Below, one piece after another: positions 53,561-62,055 of a DNA stretch of 64,000 nt. The stretch comes from an uncultured Gammaproteobacteria bacterium (GTDB taxonomy: Bacteria; Pseudomonadota; Gammaproteobacteria; Steroidobacterales; Steroidobacteraceae). Made by a program: the position numbers and the translations under genes. The notes below the pieces were generated by a model, which saw only the letters and a program-made list of their open reading frames with translations, had not been told where the DNA came from and ran no database searches. Location: assembly GCA_963801865.1 (NCBI GenBank), contig CAWDGY010000008.1, forward strand, positions 30,440 to 94,439. The letters are read 5' to 3'. Positions within the stretch are counted from its first letter, which is position 1, and each line of letters begins with the position of its first letter.

Positions 53561-54823
53561 CTACTTCGACGGGCTGCGCATGCCCTGCAGGTGCGCGGTG
53601 TTGGCAGCTGTGGAGGGCGTTTCGGTACGCGCCGCCCGCGCGCGCGGCGCGGCCGGCGCGGTGGCCGATTCGTTGGCGAGAATGATCGAGCGCACGCGCT
53701 CCTCGGCGAGCAAGTCGTTGGAGTCAAACACTTGCGTCGCATAACCGGCGTCGCTGCGGGCGAGGCGCGGCAAGCGCGGACCGTGGCGATCGTGCGTATC
53801 GACCTCGGCACGCATCGACAAGCCGATCTGCAGCGGATTGGCCGCCAACTCGCGGGCGTCGAGCGCAATGCGCACCGGCACGCGCTGAATGATCTTGATC
53901 CAGTTGCCCGTGGCGTTCTGCGCCGGCAGCAGCGAAAACACCGAGCCCGTGCCGGCGCCGAAACCGGCCACGGTGCCGTGATAAATCACGCTGCGTCCGT
54001 ACAAATCGGCGGACAACTTCACCGGTTGGCCGACACGCATTGAGGCGAGTTGGGGCTCCTTGAAGTTGGCATCGACCCACACCTCATCGAGCGGCACGAT
54101 GGCCATCAGCGCGAGGCCCGGGCTCACGCGCTGACCGAGCTGCACGTTACGCTTGGCGACGAAGCCGGCGAGCGGTGCGGGCAGGATCGTGCGCGAGTAA
54201 GTCAGATAGGCGCCGCGCACTTGGGCGGCGGCGTTGCGTACGTCGGGATGCTCCTCGATGTCCGTGCCCTCGGTGCGCGCGCGGCCGGCCCGCAGCTGCT
54301 CCTCGGCGGAAAGCAACGCGGCGGCGGCGCTGCGTGCGGTATCGCGGGCGTGCTGCAGCTCCTCGCTTGAAATCGCGCCGGAGCTGCCGAGCCGCTCGCG
54401 CCGCGCGAGATCCTGCTCGGCCATCGACAGATCCGAGCGGCGCAGGTCCACCATCGCTTGCAGCTGCGAGGAGGTGGCATACAAGGTGCGCACTTCACGC
54501 ACGGTCTTGGCGAGCCCGGCTTCCGCCTCGTCGAGCGCCACCCTGGCGTCGGCCTGATCGAGAACCACCAGCGGTGCTCCGACCGGCACGAACTGCGTGT
54601 CGTCTACGCCGATGCCGACCACGGTGCCGGAAATTTGCGGCGTGATCTGCACGACGTTGCCGCTCACATAGGCATCGTCCGTCGATTGGCGGTACCGCAG
54701 CGTATGCGTCCAGTAGGCGCCGAAGGCGAGAGCGCCAAGCACGAAACTGCCGAGACCGAGGCTGAGCCAGCGGCGGCGTGTGCGGCCGGCGGCAGTCGTC
54801 TCGGATGGGGTGGGAGTGTTCAT
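53561..54823 (-). CDS. HlyD/EmrA-type membrane fusion protein
   Basis: Single N-terminal TM (LGLGSFVLGALAFGAYW), DDAYVSGNVVQITPQISG, a long coiled coil, and APLAGFVAKRNVQLGQ. Confidence 0.85.
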   Translation of the reverse strand: MNTPTPSETTAAGRTRRRWLSLGLGSFVLGALAFGAYWTHTLRYRQSTDDAYVSGNVVQITPQISGTVVGIGVDDTQFVPVGAPLVVLDQADARVALDEAEAGLAKTVREVRTLYATSSQLQAMVDLRRSDLSMAEQDLARRERLGSSGAISSEELQHARDTARSAAAALLSAEEQLRAGRARTEGTDIEEHPDVRNAAAQVRGAYLTYSRTILPAPLAGFVAKRNVQLGQRVSPGLALMAIVPLDEVWVDANFKEPQLASMRVGQPVKLSADLYGRSVIYHGTVAGFGAGTGSVFSLLPAQNATGNWIKIIQRVPVRIALDARELAANPLQIGLSMRAEVDTHDRHGPRLPRLARSDAGYATQVFDSNDLLAEERVRSIILANESATAPAAPRARAARTETPSTAANTAHLQGMRSPSK

Positions 54824-54838
54824 GGGGGATCTCCGAAA

Positions 54839-56320
54839 TTACCGTGTGTAGGCCAGCGCACCGCTCGCGGCTTCGAAGCCGCCGCCGAGCGCACCGGTCA
54901 GAGCGACCGACAGGTCGAGGCTGCGCGCGCGCAGATCCGCAGCGAGACGCTGTTGAGTGAGCAGCTGATCTTCCGTGGAGAGCACTTGCAGGTAATTGCC
55001 GACCCCTTCGCGGTAGCGAAGCACGGCGAGGTCGTAGGCGTCTCGGGCGGTGGCGAGCGCCTGCTCTTGCTCGGCGCGCTGCGCCGCAACGCTGCGCAAA
55101 GAACTCAATTGGTCTGCGACATCGCGCAACGCATCCGCGAGCGTCTGGTTGTACTGCTCGACCGCCTCATCGTAGGCGGCATCGGCGCCCGCGAGCTGTG
55201 CGCGGCGCCGGCCGGCATCGAACAGCGGCAGGCTCAACGCGGGAGCGACCCCGAGTTGGCGCTCCCCGGCGCTGATCAGGGCGCCCGGGCCCAGCCGCTG
55301 GAAACCGGCGAATGCCACGAGATCCACGTTCGGGTAGAAATCCGCTTGACGCATCTTGATCGCGTCCGCGGCGGCGGCCGCGCGCAGGCGCTGCGCGATC
55401 AAGTCCGGGCGGCGGCCGAGCAGGTCCGACGGCAAGCGGCTCGGCAGCGACGGCTCCGTCATCGCCGTTGCAGCCGGTCGCGCGATCGCAGCGCCGCGAT
55501 CAGGCCCCGCGCCGAGCAGCGCCGCGAGTTGATGGCGTGCGAGCTCGATGGTCTCCTCGAGCTGGATGATTTGCTCGCGCGTAGCCGGCAGGGCCTCCTC
55601 GGTCTGTTTGACTTCGAGTCTCGAATCCAGGCCCGCCGCGTTCCGATCGCGCGTGAGCGAGGTGATGCGCTCGCGCTGCTCGAGCGTGGACTTGGCGACA
55701 TCGAGCAATAAATAAGCGTGCTGCAGCTCGATGTAGGCGTGCGCAATGCTGGTGGAGAGCGCGAGGCGCGCAGCCTCGGCGTCCACCGCGCTTGCGCGCG
55801 CAAGTCCGAGGGCGCTCTGGTAGGCGGCGCGCCGCTTGCCCCAGAAGTCCAGTTCCCAGCTGAGCGAGGCCTGCAGGTTGCTGATCGTGGTGGTGGTGCC
55901 GGCGAAGGGCGGCGGGAAGAAGCCATTCTCCGAGAGCCGTGTGCGTGCGGCGTCCGCAGACAGGCTCGCCTGCGGAGCACGGGCGGCCTCGCTCACACCG
56001 GCTTCGGCGAGCGCCGCCCGGGTGCGAGCCGCGGCGACTTTGAGCGTCGGACTGTCGCGCAAAGCCTCGCGAATAAGTGCATCGAGCTGCGGGTCGCGGA
56101 GCGCCGTCCACCAGTCTCGGGCGGGCCAGGCGCCCTCGCGCAGCGGCGCGTCGGCGAGCGTCTTCTCGGCGGCCAGTCTGTCGGCACTCTGCAGCGTCGC
56201 GGCGGGCTTGAGTCCGTGCGTGCTCGCGCATCCGGTTGCCAAGATCGCCAGCGACCAGCCCGCGAACTGCATGCGCAGGTTGAACCGCCCTCGCAGGTTG
56301 AACGCGCTGCGCGGGGTCAT
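54839..56320 (-). CDS. Efflux outer-membrane factor lipoprotein, NodT family
   Basis: Lipobox ILATGC. Start chosen at the ATG at 56320 (MTPRSAFNLRGRFNLRMQFAGWSLAILATGC). The listed start at 56473 would put about 80 aa before the lipobox. The start is uncertain (alternative 56272). Confidence 0.8.
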   Translation of the reverse strand: MTPRSAFNLRGRFNLRMQFAGWSLAILATGCASTHGLKPAATLQSADRLAAEKTLADAPLREGAWPARDWWTALRDPQLDALIREALRDSPTLKVAAARTRAALAEAGVSEAARAPQASLSADAARTRLSENGFFPPPFAGTTTTISNLQASLSWELDFWGKRRAAYQSALGLARASAVDAEAARLALSTSIAHAYIELQHAYLLLDVAKSTLEQRERITSLTRDRNAAGLDSRLEVKQTEEALPATREQIIQLEETIELARHQLAALLGAGPDRGAAIARPAATAMTEPSLPSRLPSDLLGRRPDLIAQRLRAAAAADAIKMRQADFYPNVDLVAFAGFQRLGPGALISAGERQLGVAPALSLPLFDAGRRRAQLAGADAAYDEAVEQYNQTLADALRDVADQLSSLRSVAAQRAEQEQALATARDAYDLAVLRYREGVGNYLQVLSTEDQLLTQQRLAADLRARSLDLSVALTGALGGGFEAASGALAYTR

Positions 56321-56492
56321 GAGCGCAGCGTCGTGAGCGGGCGATGTCGGTATAGCCATACGGCCAAGGCAATGAGACTGCCGCCGGGCAGCAGCGCAAG
56401 TGCCAAGTAGGGCCCGAACTCCTGCATCGCCAGGCGGGCGCGCCGGATCAGCATGTGGGCGATGTTCATACATTTTCCTCGTAAAACACTGC

Positions 56493-56520
56493 TTTAGCTG
56501 CCAATGCCTAGGCAGCTAAA
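56493..56520 (-). promoter_or_regulatory. 10-bp inverted repeat with an embedded perfect palindrome between the marR-type gene and the OMF gene
   Basis: TTTAGCTGCC-N8-GGCAGCTAAA (56493-56502 and 56511-56520). It encloses TGCCTAGGCA (56505-56514) and starts 14 nt after the MarR stop. Either an operator or an attenuating hairpin. Confidence 0.4.
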
Positions 56521-56533
56521 TAATCAAAAAAAT

Positions 56534-57004
56534 TCAGGCGTTTTGCAGCATGCGGGTCAGAAACCCCTCGAGTTGGCGCGCCTCGGCTTGAGTGAAGCCA
56601 CGCATGAAGTGGTTCAACACCCGCACCGAGCATTCCCGCAGCTTCGGGATCGCCGCGAGCCCCGCTTCGGTCAATTCCAGCTTCACCAGCCGGCGATCGT
56701 CCGGGCAGCGCCGCCGACTGATGAGACCTTTCGCCTCGAGCCGATCGACCATCCGGGTCATGGCGCCGCCGTCATACGAGATGTCCTTGCACAATTGCGC
56801 CGCCGAATCGACGCCGCGCTGGGCAAGCACGTTCAAGATCACATACTGGGCGGCACTGACTTCGAGTGCCACCAGGTCCGGCTCGTGGGCGAGCGCCTGG
56901 TCGAGGGCGTTCATGTAGGCCGAGCGCACCCGATACATCAGCTGCCCAGCGCATTTGGCGGGCTGATAGGTCTTGGCGTCGTAAATCGGGTTGTCGGGAC
57001 TCAT
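56534..57004 (-). CDS. MarR-family transcriptional regulator (EmrR-like)
   Basis: Winged HTH AAQLCKDISYDGGAMTRMVDRLEAKGLISRRRCPDDRRLVKLELTEAG. First gene of the marR-OMF-MFP-MFS operon. Confidence 0.88.
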   Translation of the reverse strand: MSPDNPIYDAKTYQPAKCAGQLMYRVRSAYMNALDQALAHEPDLVALEVSAAQYVILNVLAQRGVDSAAQLCKDISYDGGAMTRMVDRLEAKGLISRRRCPDDRRLVKLELTEAGLAAIPKLRECSVRVLNHFMRGFTQAEARQLEGFLTRMLQNA

Positions 57005-57022
57005 GGCGATACCTTGGACGTT

Positions 57023-57050
57023 ATTATATTGCCTAAGCAGTGATTGTCAA
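57023..57050 (-). promoter_or_regulatory. Consensus sigma-70 promoter of the efflux operon
   Basis: On the minus strand, TTGACA (57050-57045), a 16-nt spacer, then TATAAT (57028-57023), ending 18 nt upstream of the MarR ATG. The spacer contains TGCCTAAGCAG. Confidence 0.65.
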
Positions 57051-57073
57051 GGCTGTTATTGTACATGCAGCGA

Positions 57074-57961
57074 TTATCCCCTCAGCGAGGGCCATTCGAA
57101 GCGCATCGACAGGTCGACCGCGCGCAGGTGCTTGGTGATGCTGCCCACGGAGATAGAGTCGACGCCGGTCTCCGCGATCCGACGTATGGTTTCGAGCGTC
57201 ACGCCGCCCGAGGCCTCGAGCTTGAGCGGTCGGAGTGCCCGACGGTTGAGAAGCACCGCATCGGACATGGCCGGCAGCGAGAAATCATCGAGCATCGCGA
57301 TGTCCGCGCCTGCGGCGATGGCTTGCTGCAACTCATCGAGGTTCTCCACTTCGACCTCGATGGGGACGCTCCTGCCGGTCGCTTTGGCGGCTGCCACCGC
57401 CTGGGCGATCGAGCCGGCGGCCATGATGTGATTTTCCTTGATCAGAATTCCATCAAACAGGCCGATGCGATGATTTTGACCCCCGCCGACGCGCACCGCG
57501 TATTTTTGTGCCGAGCGCAGCCCGGGGATGGTCTTGCGGGTGTCGAGCACACGGCAGGGCGTCCCCTCGAGCCGCTGCGCATAGGCGTGTGCCGCGGTGG
57601 CCGTGCCCGAGAGCAGCTGCAGAAAATTGAGCGCAGTGCGCTCGCCGGTCAAGAGCGCACGAGCCGGCCCGGCGATCCTGAACAAGACCTGGTTCGGTGC
57701 AACGGCAGCGCCCTCGGCGGCCTGCCAGTCGATGCGCACGCCGGGGTCGAGGCGCGCGAACACCGCGTCGACGTACGGGCTGCCGCACAGAATGGCGCTT
57801 TCGCGCGTGATGACCGATGCCCGTGCCGTGGCACGCGAGGGAATGAGCGCGGCCGTCAAATCGCCTCGCCCGATATCCTCCTCGAGCGCACGATCGACCT
57901 GCTGGGCTAAGTCGCCTGGCACCGGTACCTGGGAGCTCATGGGTTTTTCCAGCGATTCCAT
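57074..57961 (-). CDS. nadC: Nicotinate-nucleotide diphosphorylase (carboxylating) / quinolinate phosphoribosyltransferase
   Basis: ...ALEEDIGRGDLTA..., ..GERTALNFLQLLSGTAT.., ..DTRKTIPGLR..QKYAVRVGGG.NHR.GL.D..LIKENH.. are collinear with NadC. An alternative start lies at 57940. Confidence 0.88.
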   Translation of the reverse strand: MESLEKPMSSQVPVPGDLAQQVDRALEEDIGRGDLTAALIPSRATARASVITRESAILCGSPYVDAVFARLDPGVRIDWQAAEGAAVAPNQVLFRIAGPARALLTGERTALNFLQLLSGTATAAHAYAQRLEGTPCRVLDTRKTIPGLRSAQKYAVRVGGGQNHRIGLFDGILIKENHIMAAGSIAQAVAAAKATGRSVPIEVEVENLDELQQAIAAGADIAMLDDFSLPAMSDAVLLNRRALRPLKLEASGGVTLETIRRIAETGVDSISVGSITKHLRAVDLSMRFEWPSLRG

Positions 57962-58051
57962 GCGCTTAGCTCATGACAACGAGGGGCCGCTCCACGCACC
58001 CCGCGGGCGGGAGGCTGGAAGAATAGGCAATGAGCCCCAATACTGCAAACG

Positions 58052-58240
58052 ATGCCGGAAATGCCGCCCGAATCGCCCTGTATCAATATCTGCGCGCTGG
58101 ACGCACACGGATACTGCATCGGCTGTTATCGTACAATCGAAGAAATCGCCGGCTGGCGCAGCATGAGCAGCGCCGAACAGTGGGCCGTGTTACGGCTGTT
58201 AGGGGAGCGCGCCGCACGGCGCGCCGCGAAACCCAAGTGA
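58052..58240 (+). CDS. DUF1289 small Cys-rich protein
   Basis: [28 protein letters not shown] matches the four-Cys DUF1289 signature. Confidence 0.75.
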   Translation: MPEMPPESPCINICALDAHGYCIGCYRTIEEIAGWRSMSSAEQWAVLRLLGERAARRAAKPK

Positions 58241-58253
58241 AGCAATTGGAGAT

Positions 58254-58586
58254 GTGTCGACCATGAATGCAATTGAACGGATCAAGAGTCAGCTCTCCGC
58301 CGCCCCGGTGGTGTTGTACATGAAGGGCACTCCCGATTTTCCGCAGTGCGGATTCTCGGCTCAAACCGTGGGGGCCTTGCGCGCCTGCAAGGCCAAGTTC
58401 GCGCACGTGAATATTTTTGAAGACCCGGAAGTGCGTGACGCGCTGAAGTCCTATTCGAATTGGCCCACCTTCCCCCAGCTCTATGTCAATGGCGAGCTGG
58501 TCGGAGGCTGCGACATCACCATCGAGATGTACAAGAGCGGCGAGCTGAAGCAGCTGCTGGCCGAAGCGGGCGCGGTAACCGCCTGA
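58254..58586 (+). CDS. grxD: Monothiol glutaredoxin, Grx4 family
   Basis: VVLYMKGTPDFPQCGFS active site, WPTFPQLYVNGELVGGCDI, 110 aa. Confidence 0.9.
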   Translation: MSTMNAIERIKSQLSAAPVVLYMKGTPDFPQCGFSAQTVGALRACKAKFAHVNIFEDPEVRDALKSYSNWPTFPQLYVNGELVGGCDITIEMYKSGELKQLLAEAGAVTA

Positions 58587-58599
58587 GGGCGGCCTGCCT

Positions 58600-59307
58600 C
58601 TAGGAACCCGGCGCTTGAGATTCGGGCGTCTCGGGTTCCGGCGCTTCGGATTCCACTTCGAGCGGGCCCATCGCGGCCAGCCGCCGGCGGCTCGCTTCGA
58701 ACACGCCCTGGAACTGATTGCAGATCGTGCAGAACAGGTCCGCCGTTCGCTCGGCATCATAGGCGGCCGAATGTGCCGATCCGGTATCCCATTCGAGCCC
58801 CGCGGCGAGCGTCGCGCGCATCAGCACCGTCTGGCCGAAGGCGACGCCTCCCAAGGTGGCGGTGTCGAAGCTCGAGAAGGGATGGAACGGGTTGCGTTTG
58901 ATCTGCGTGCGCGCGACCGCGGCGTTCAAGAAATTCAAGTCGAAGAAGGCGTTGTGCCCGACGAGAACCGCACGGGTGCAGTCAGCCGCGCGCACGGCGT
59001 TGCGCACCTCGCGAAAGATCCGCTGCAGCGCATCCTCCTCTGCGATGGCGGGCCGTAGCGGATGGTGTGGATCGATGCCGGTCACGGCGAGCGAGGCGGG
59101 TTCCATGTTGGAGCCCGGAAACGGCGTCACGTGATAACGATGCGTTTCGCCGCGCGTCAAGGAGCCGTCGCTGCGCATTTCGATCAGCACGGCCGCAATC
59201 TCGAGCAAGGCGTCGGTCTGCGAATTGAATCCACCGGTTTCCACGTCGATCACGACCGGCAGGAAACCGCGAAAGCGTGTCGCAAAGGTGATGGGTGGGA
59301 GCGTCAC
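58600..59307 (-). CDS. rnt: Ribonuclease T
   Basis: [27 protein letters not shown] and [10 protein letters not shown]...[14 protein letters not shown]...[11 protein letters not shown] are collinear with E. coli RNase T. An acidic, Pro-rich C-terminal tail is extra. Confidence 0.88.
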   Translation of the reverse strand: MTLPPITFATRFRGFLPVVIDVETGGFNSQTDALLEIAAVLIEMRSDGSLTRGETHRYHVTPFPGSNMEPASLAVTGIDPHHPLRPAIAEEDALQRIFREVRNAVRAADCTRAVLVGHNAFFDLNFLNAAVARTQIKRNPFHPFSSFDTATLGGVAFGQTVLMRATLAAGLEWDTGSAHSAAYDAERTADLFCTICNQFQGVFEASRRRLAAMGPLEVESEAPEPETPESQAPGS

Positions 59308-60365
59308 TCGCCCCCCATCGGGTCAAGCCGCCAGGCGATTGCCTCGCCGCTGCGATACGGCACCAACGCGCCGCCGGCGAAAGGGTAGGACTCTGGGGGC
59401 ACCCAAGGCTCCTTGATGATGGTGAGGAGGTCATCGTGACGCGGCAATTCGTAGAAATCCGCGCCAAAATGGCTGGCAAACGACTGCAGGCGATTCAAGT
59501 GGCCGGCCCGCTCGAACGCCTCGGCATACAGCTCGAGCGCCGCATGGGCGGTGAACATACCGGCGCAGCCGCAGGCATTCTCCTTGGTCGATCGCTCGTG
59601 CGGGGCGCTATCGGTGCCGAGAAAGAAGCGCGGATTGCCGCTGGTCGCGGCCGCCACGAGCGCGCGCCGATCCTGCTCGCGCTTGAGTATCGGCAGGCAA
59701 TAGAAGTGCGGCTTGATGCCGCCTGAAAAAATGGCGTTGCGATTGTGCAGCAGATGCTGCGGCGTGATCGTCGCAGCGACGCCCTCGCGTGCGCCGGCGA
59801 CGAACTCCGCGGCACGGGCCGTCGTAATGTGCTCGAAAACGACTTTTAGCTTGACGAAGCGCGCCAGCAGGGGCGCGAGCACCGTATCGATGAACACCTC
59901 TTCCCGATCGAAGACGTCGACGTCCGCGCGCGTCGTCTCGCCGTGCACCAGGAGCGGCATACCGAGCTCTTCCATGCGCGTCAATACGGCGAAAGTCTTG
60001 CGGATGTCCGTGACTCCCGCGTCCGAATGCGTGGTCGCCCCGGCAGGGTAGAATTTGATCCCGTGCACGAAGCCGCTGGCGCAAGCCCGATCGATCTCCT
60101 GCGGCGCGGTGGAGTCGGTCAGATACAAGGTCATCAACGGGGTGAAGCGCGTGTCCGCGGGCAGTGCGGCGAGGATGCGCTCCCGATAGGCCGCGGCGAG
60201 CGCCACGGTCGTGACGGGCGGCTTGAGATTCGGCATGACGATGGCGCGCCCGAAACGCGCCGCCGTAAATTTCACCACGGCCGCGAGCGCTTCTCCGTCG
60301 CGCAGGTGTACGTGCCAGTCGTCGGGCCGCTGAATCGTCAAGCGTGGCGCCAATTCGCCTTTCAT
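59304..60365 (-). CDS. pyrC: Dihydroorotase, homodimeric type
   Basis: Start moved to the ATG at 60365 (ATGA overlap with the peptidase stop). [50 protein letters not shown] and FLGTDSAPH are collinear with E. coli PyrC. Confidence 0.9.
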   Translation of the reverse strand: MKGELAPRLTIQRPDDWHVHLRDGEALAAVVKFTAARFGRAIVMPNLKPPVTTVALAAAYRERILAALPADTRFTPLMTLYLTDSTAPQEIDRACASGFVHGIKFYPAGATTHSDAGVTDIRKTFAVLTRMEELGMPLLVHGETTRADVDVFDREEVFIDTVLAPLLARFVKLKVVFEHITTARAAEFVAGAREGVAATITPQHLLHNRNAIFSGGIKPHFYCLPILKREQDRRALVAAATSGNPRFFLGTDSAPHERSTKENACGCAGMFTAHAALELYAEAFERAGHLNRLQSFASHFGADFYELPRHDDLLTIIKEPWVPPESYPFAGGALVPYRSGEAIAWRLDPMGGE

Positions 60366-61876
60366 CGGGCCGCCGCCGCAGCGGGCCAACCACGGCGCAG
60401 CAAATCGAGCGTGAAGCGCACCCCGAACCCGGTGATTTCGGTGGGGATGTGGGCGAGGCCGCCGTGGCGCGAGCCGGCGGCAAGGTCCAAGTGCAGCCAC
60501 GGAATCGTCTCGGGCACGAAGCGGTTAAGAAAGCGAGCCGCCAGAATGTGATCGCCTTTGGCCTCGGGCGAACACTGCAGCACATCGGCGACGCTGCTTT
60601 CAAGATCCGTGTCGTAGTCCGCATCCATCGGGAAACACCATACCCGTTCGCCGCTGCCGGCGCCCGCCGCCTCGATGAGCTCGCGCGCCGCCGGCCGGTT
60701 CGTGAACGCTCCGCTGTAGCGTTCCGTGAGCGCATGCACGCAGGCGCCCGTGAGCGTGGCGTAGTCGATGATCGCGCGCGGCCTGCCGCGCGCGGCGAGG
60801 CTCAGTGCATCCGCCAATATCATGCGTCCTTCTGCATCGGTGTGGATCACCTGGATCGTCGTGCCGTTGGCGGCGCGCACCACGTCCTGCGGCTTGTAGG
60901 CAAGCGCGCCGGTGAGATTTTCGGTGATGGCCAACCAGCAGTCCACCGCCAATGGCGAACGCAGCAAATGCAGGGCGTAGAGGCTGCCGAGGGCCACCGC
61001 GCTGCCCTGCATGTCGGTGTGCATGTCGAGCATGCTCTTGTGCGTCTTGAGGTTCGTACCGCCGGTGTCGAAACACACACCCTTGCCGACGAGGCTCACC
61101 GCCGGTGCGGCCGCACCGCGCGGCCGGTACGACAGGTGCACTATGCCCGCATCGTGCGCGGGATTGGCGCGTGCGACGGCGAGGAATGCGCCCGCTCCGA
61201 GGCGCCGCAAATCCTTTTCTCCGTAGAATCGATACCTCAAGCCGAGAGATTGCGCGAAATCCTTGGTCAGGCGTCGGTAGACGGCAGCGTCCAACGTGTT
61301 CGGCGGCAACGCAGTGAGCCAGCGGGCGATATTGTTTCCGGCGGCCGTCGCGAGCGCGAGATCGAGGTCCCGGAGCTTGCCGCCCGCGGCAATATCGATG
61401 CGCGCGAGGCGCCGGCGCGGTTTCGGTTTGCTCTTGAAGGTGGCGAAGCGAAACACCGCCGCTTCGAGCGCGGCAACGGCGGCGACCAACGCTGCCGCGG
61501 CTGCATCGGGGTCGCAGCCTTGCTGCCACAGCAGCAGCGACTGCGGCTCGCACTCGATCAGGCTGCGCGCGAGCTTGCCGGCTGCCTGCAGCCGCTCGAA
61601 GGTGCTTGCCTGCGCGGGCAGGCAGGCGACGAGCAGCGCGGTCTCGGCCTGCGCTCCCACCCGGAGAAGAAAACTATCGCCGGCTTTGCGCACCCGGCGC
61701 GCGAACACCGCCCGCAGCACGTTGCCGTACGGCAGCGCCGCCCAATCGGCGGCGGCCGGCTTCAACGGCAGGAACACGATGGCGGCCGAATAGCGAGCGA
61801 GCTTGGATGCCGAGAGCCGCGCGCCGATTTGGCGCACGGGTACTAGCAGCGAGCTGAAGGGCAAACGAATCGGCAT
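60362..61876 (-). CDS. M17-family (leucyl aminopeptidase-like) metallopeptidase
   Basis: VGKGVCFDTGGTNLKTHKSMLDMHTDMQGSA and the VIHTDAEGRMILADAL catalytic signature. Confidence 0.8.
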   Translation of the reverse strand: MPIRLPFSSLLVPVRQIGARLSASKLARYSAAIVFLPLKPAAADWAALPYGNVLRAVFARRVRKAGDSFLLRVGAQAETALLVACLPAQASTFERLQAAGKLARSLIECEPQSLLLWQQGCDPDAAAAALVAAVAALEAAVFRFATFKSKPKPRRRLARIDIAAGGKLRDLDLALATAAGNNIARWLTALPPNTLDAAVYRRLTKDFAQSLGLRYRFYGEKDLRRLGAGAFLAVARANPAHDAGIVHLSYRPRGAAAPAVSLVGKGVCFDTGGTNLKTHKSMLDMHTDMQGSAVALGSLYALHLLRSPLAVDCWLAITENLTGALAYKPQDVVRAANGTTIQVIHTDAEGRMILADALSLAARGRPRAIIDYATLTGACVHALTERYSGAFTNRPAARELIEAAGAGSGERVWCFPMDADYDTDLESSVADVLQCSPEAKGDHILAARFLNRFVPETIPWLHLDLAAGSRHGGLAHIPTEITGFGVRFTLDLLRRGWPAAAAAR

Positions 61877-62055
61877 ATCATTGATCTGCTGGCTTTTCGC
61901 CGGCGCTCTGCTTGACCGAGAAAAACCAAACCCCGAAGATAGTGCCGCTAAACTCCGTAGTGGCAGTTCGCGCAGGGGCGCTGTAACGTGCCTGACATCT
62001 TAACAGGACACGTCGGCGTGTGCATGTGCACGTGCCTGTAGCCCCAGGGTTCTTT

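Noticed and set aside
52209-53744. 511-aa plus-strand ORF
   Set aside because: It is antisense to the EmrB-like MFS transporter and extremely rich in Arg/Gly/Glu/His.
54458-55711. 417-aa plus-strand ORF
   Set aside because: It is antisense to the EmrA-like and OMF genes.
56321-56473. Listed start at 56473 for the OMF lipoprotein (has a GAGGA just upstream)
   Set aside because: It would place about 80 mostly Pro/Arg/Ala residues ahead of the lipobox, which is incompatible with a Sec/Lol signal peptide. An internal ATG at 56320 gives a normal basic n-region followed by the ILATGC lipobox. The upstream SD-ATG remains unexplained.
60344-61846. 500-aa plus-strand ORF, and a 317-aa minus-strand off-frame ORF (60600-61553)
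   Set aside because: Both overlap the M17 peptidase gene, which carries the catalytic signature. They show compositional artefacts.
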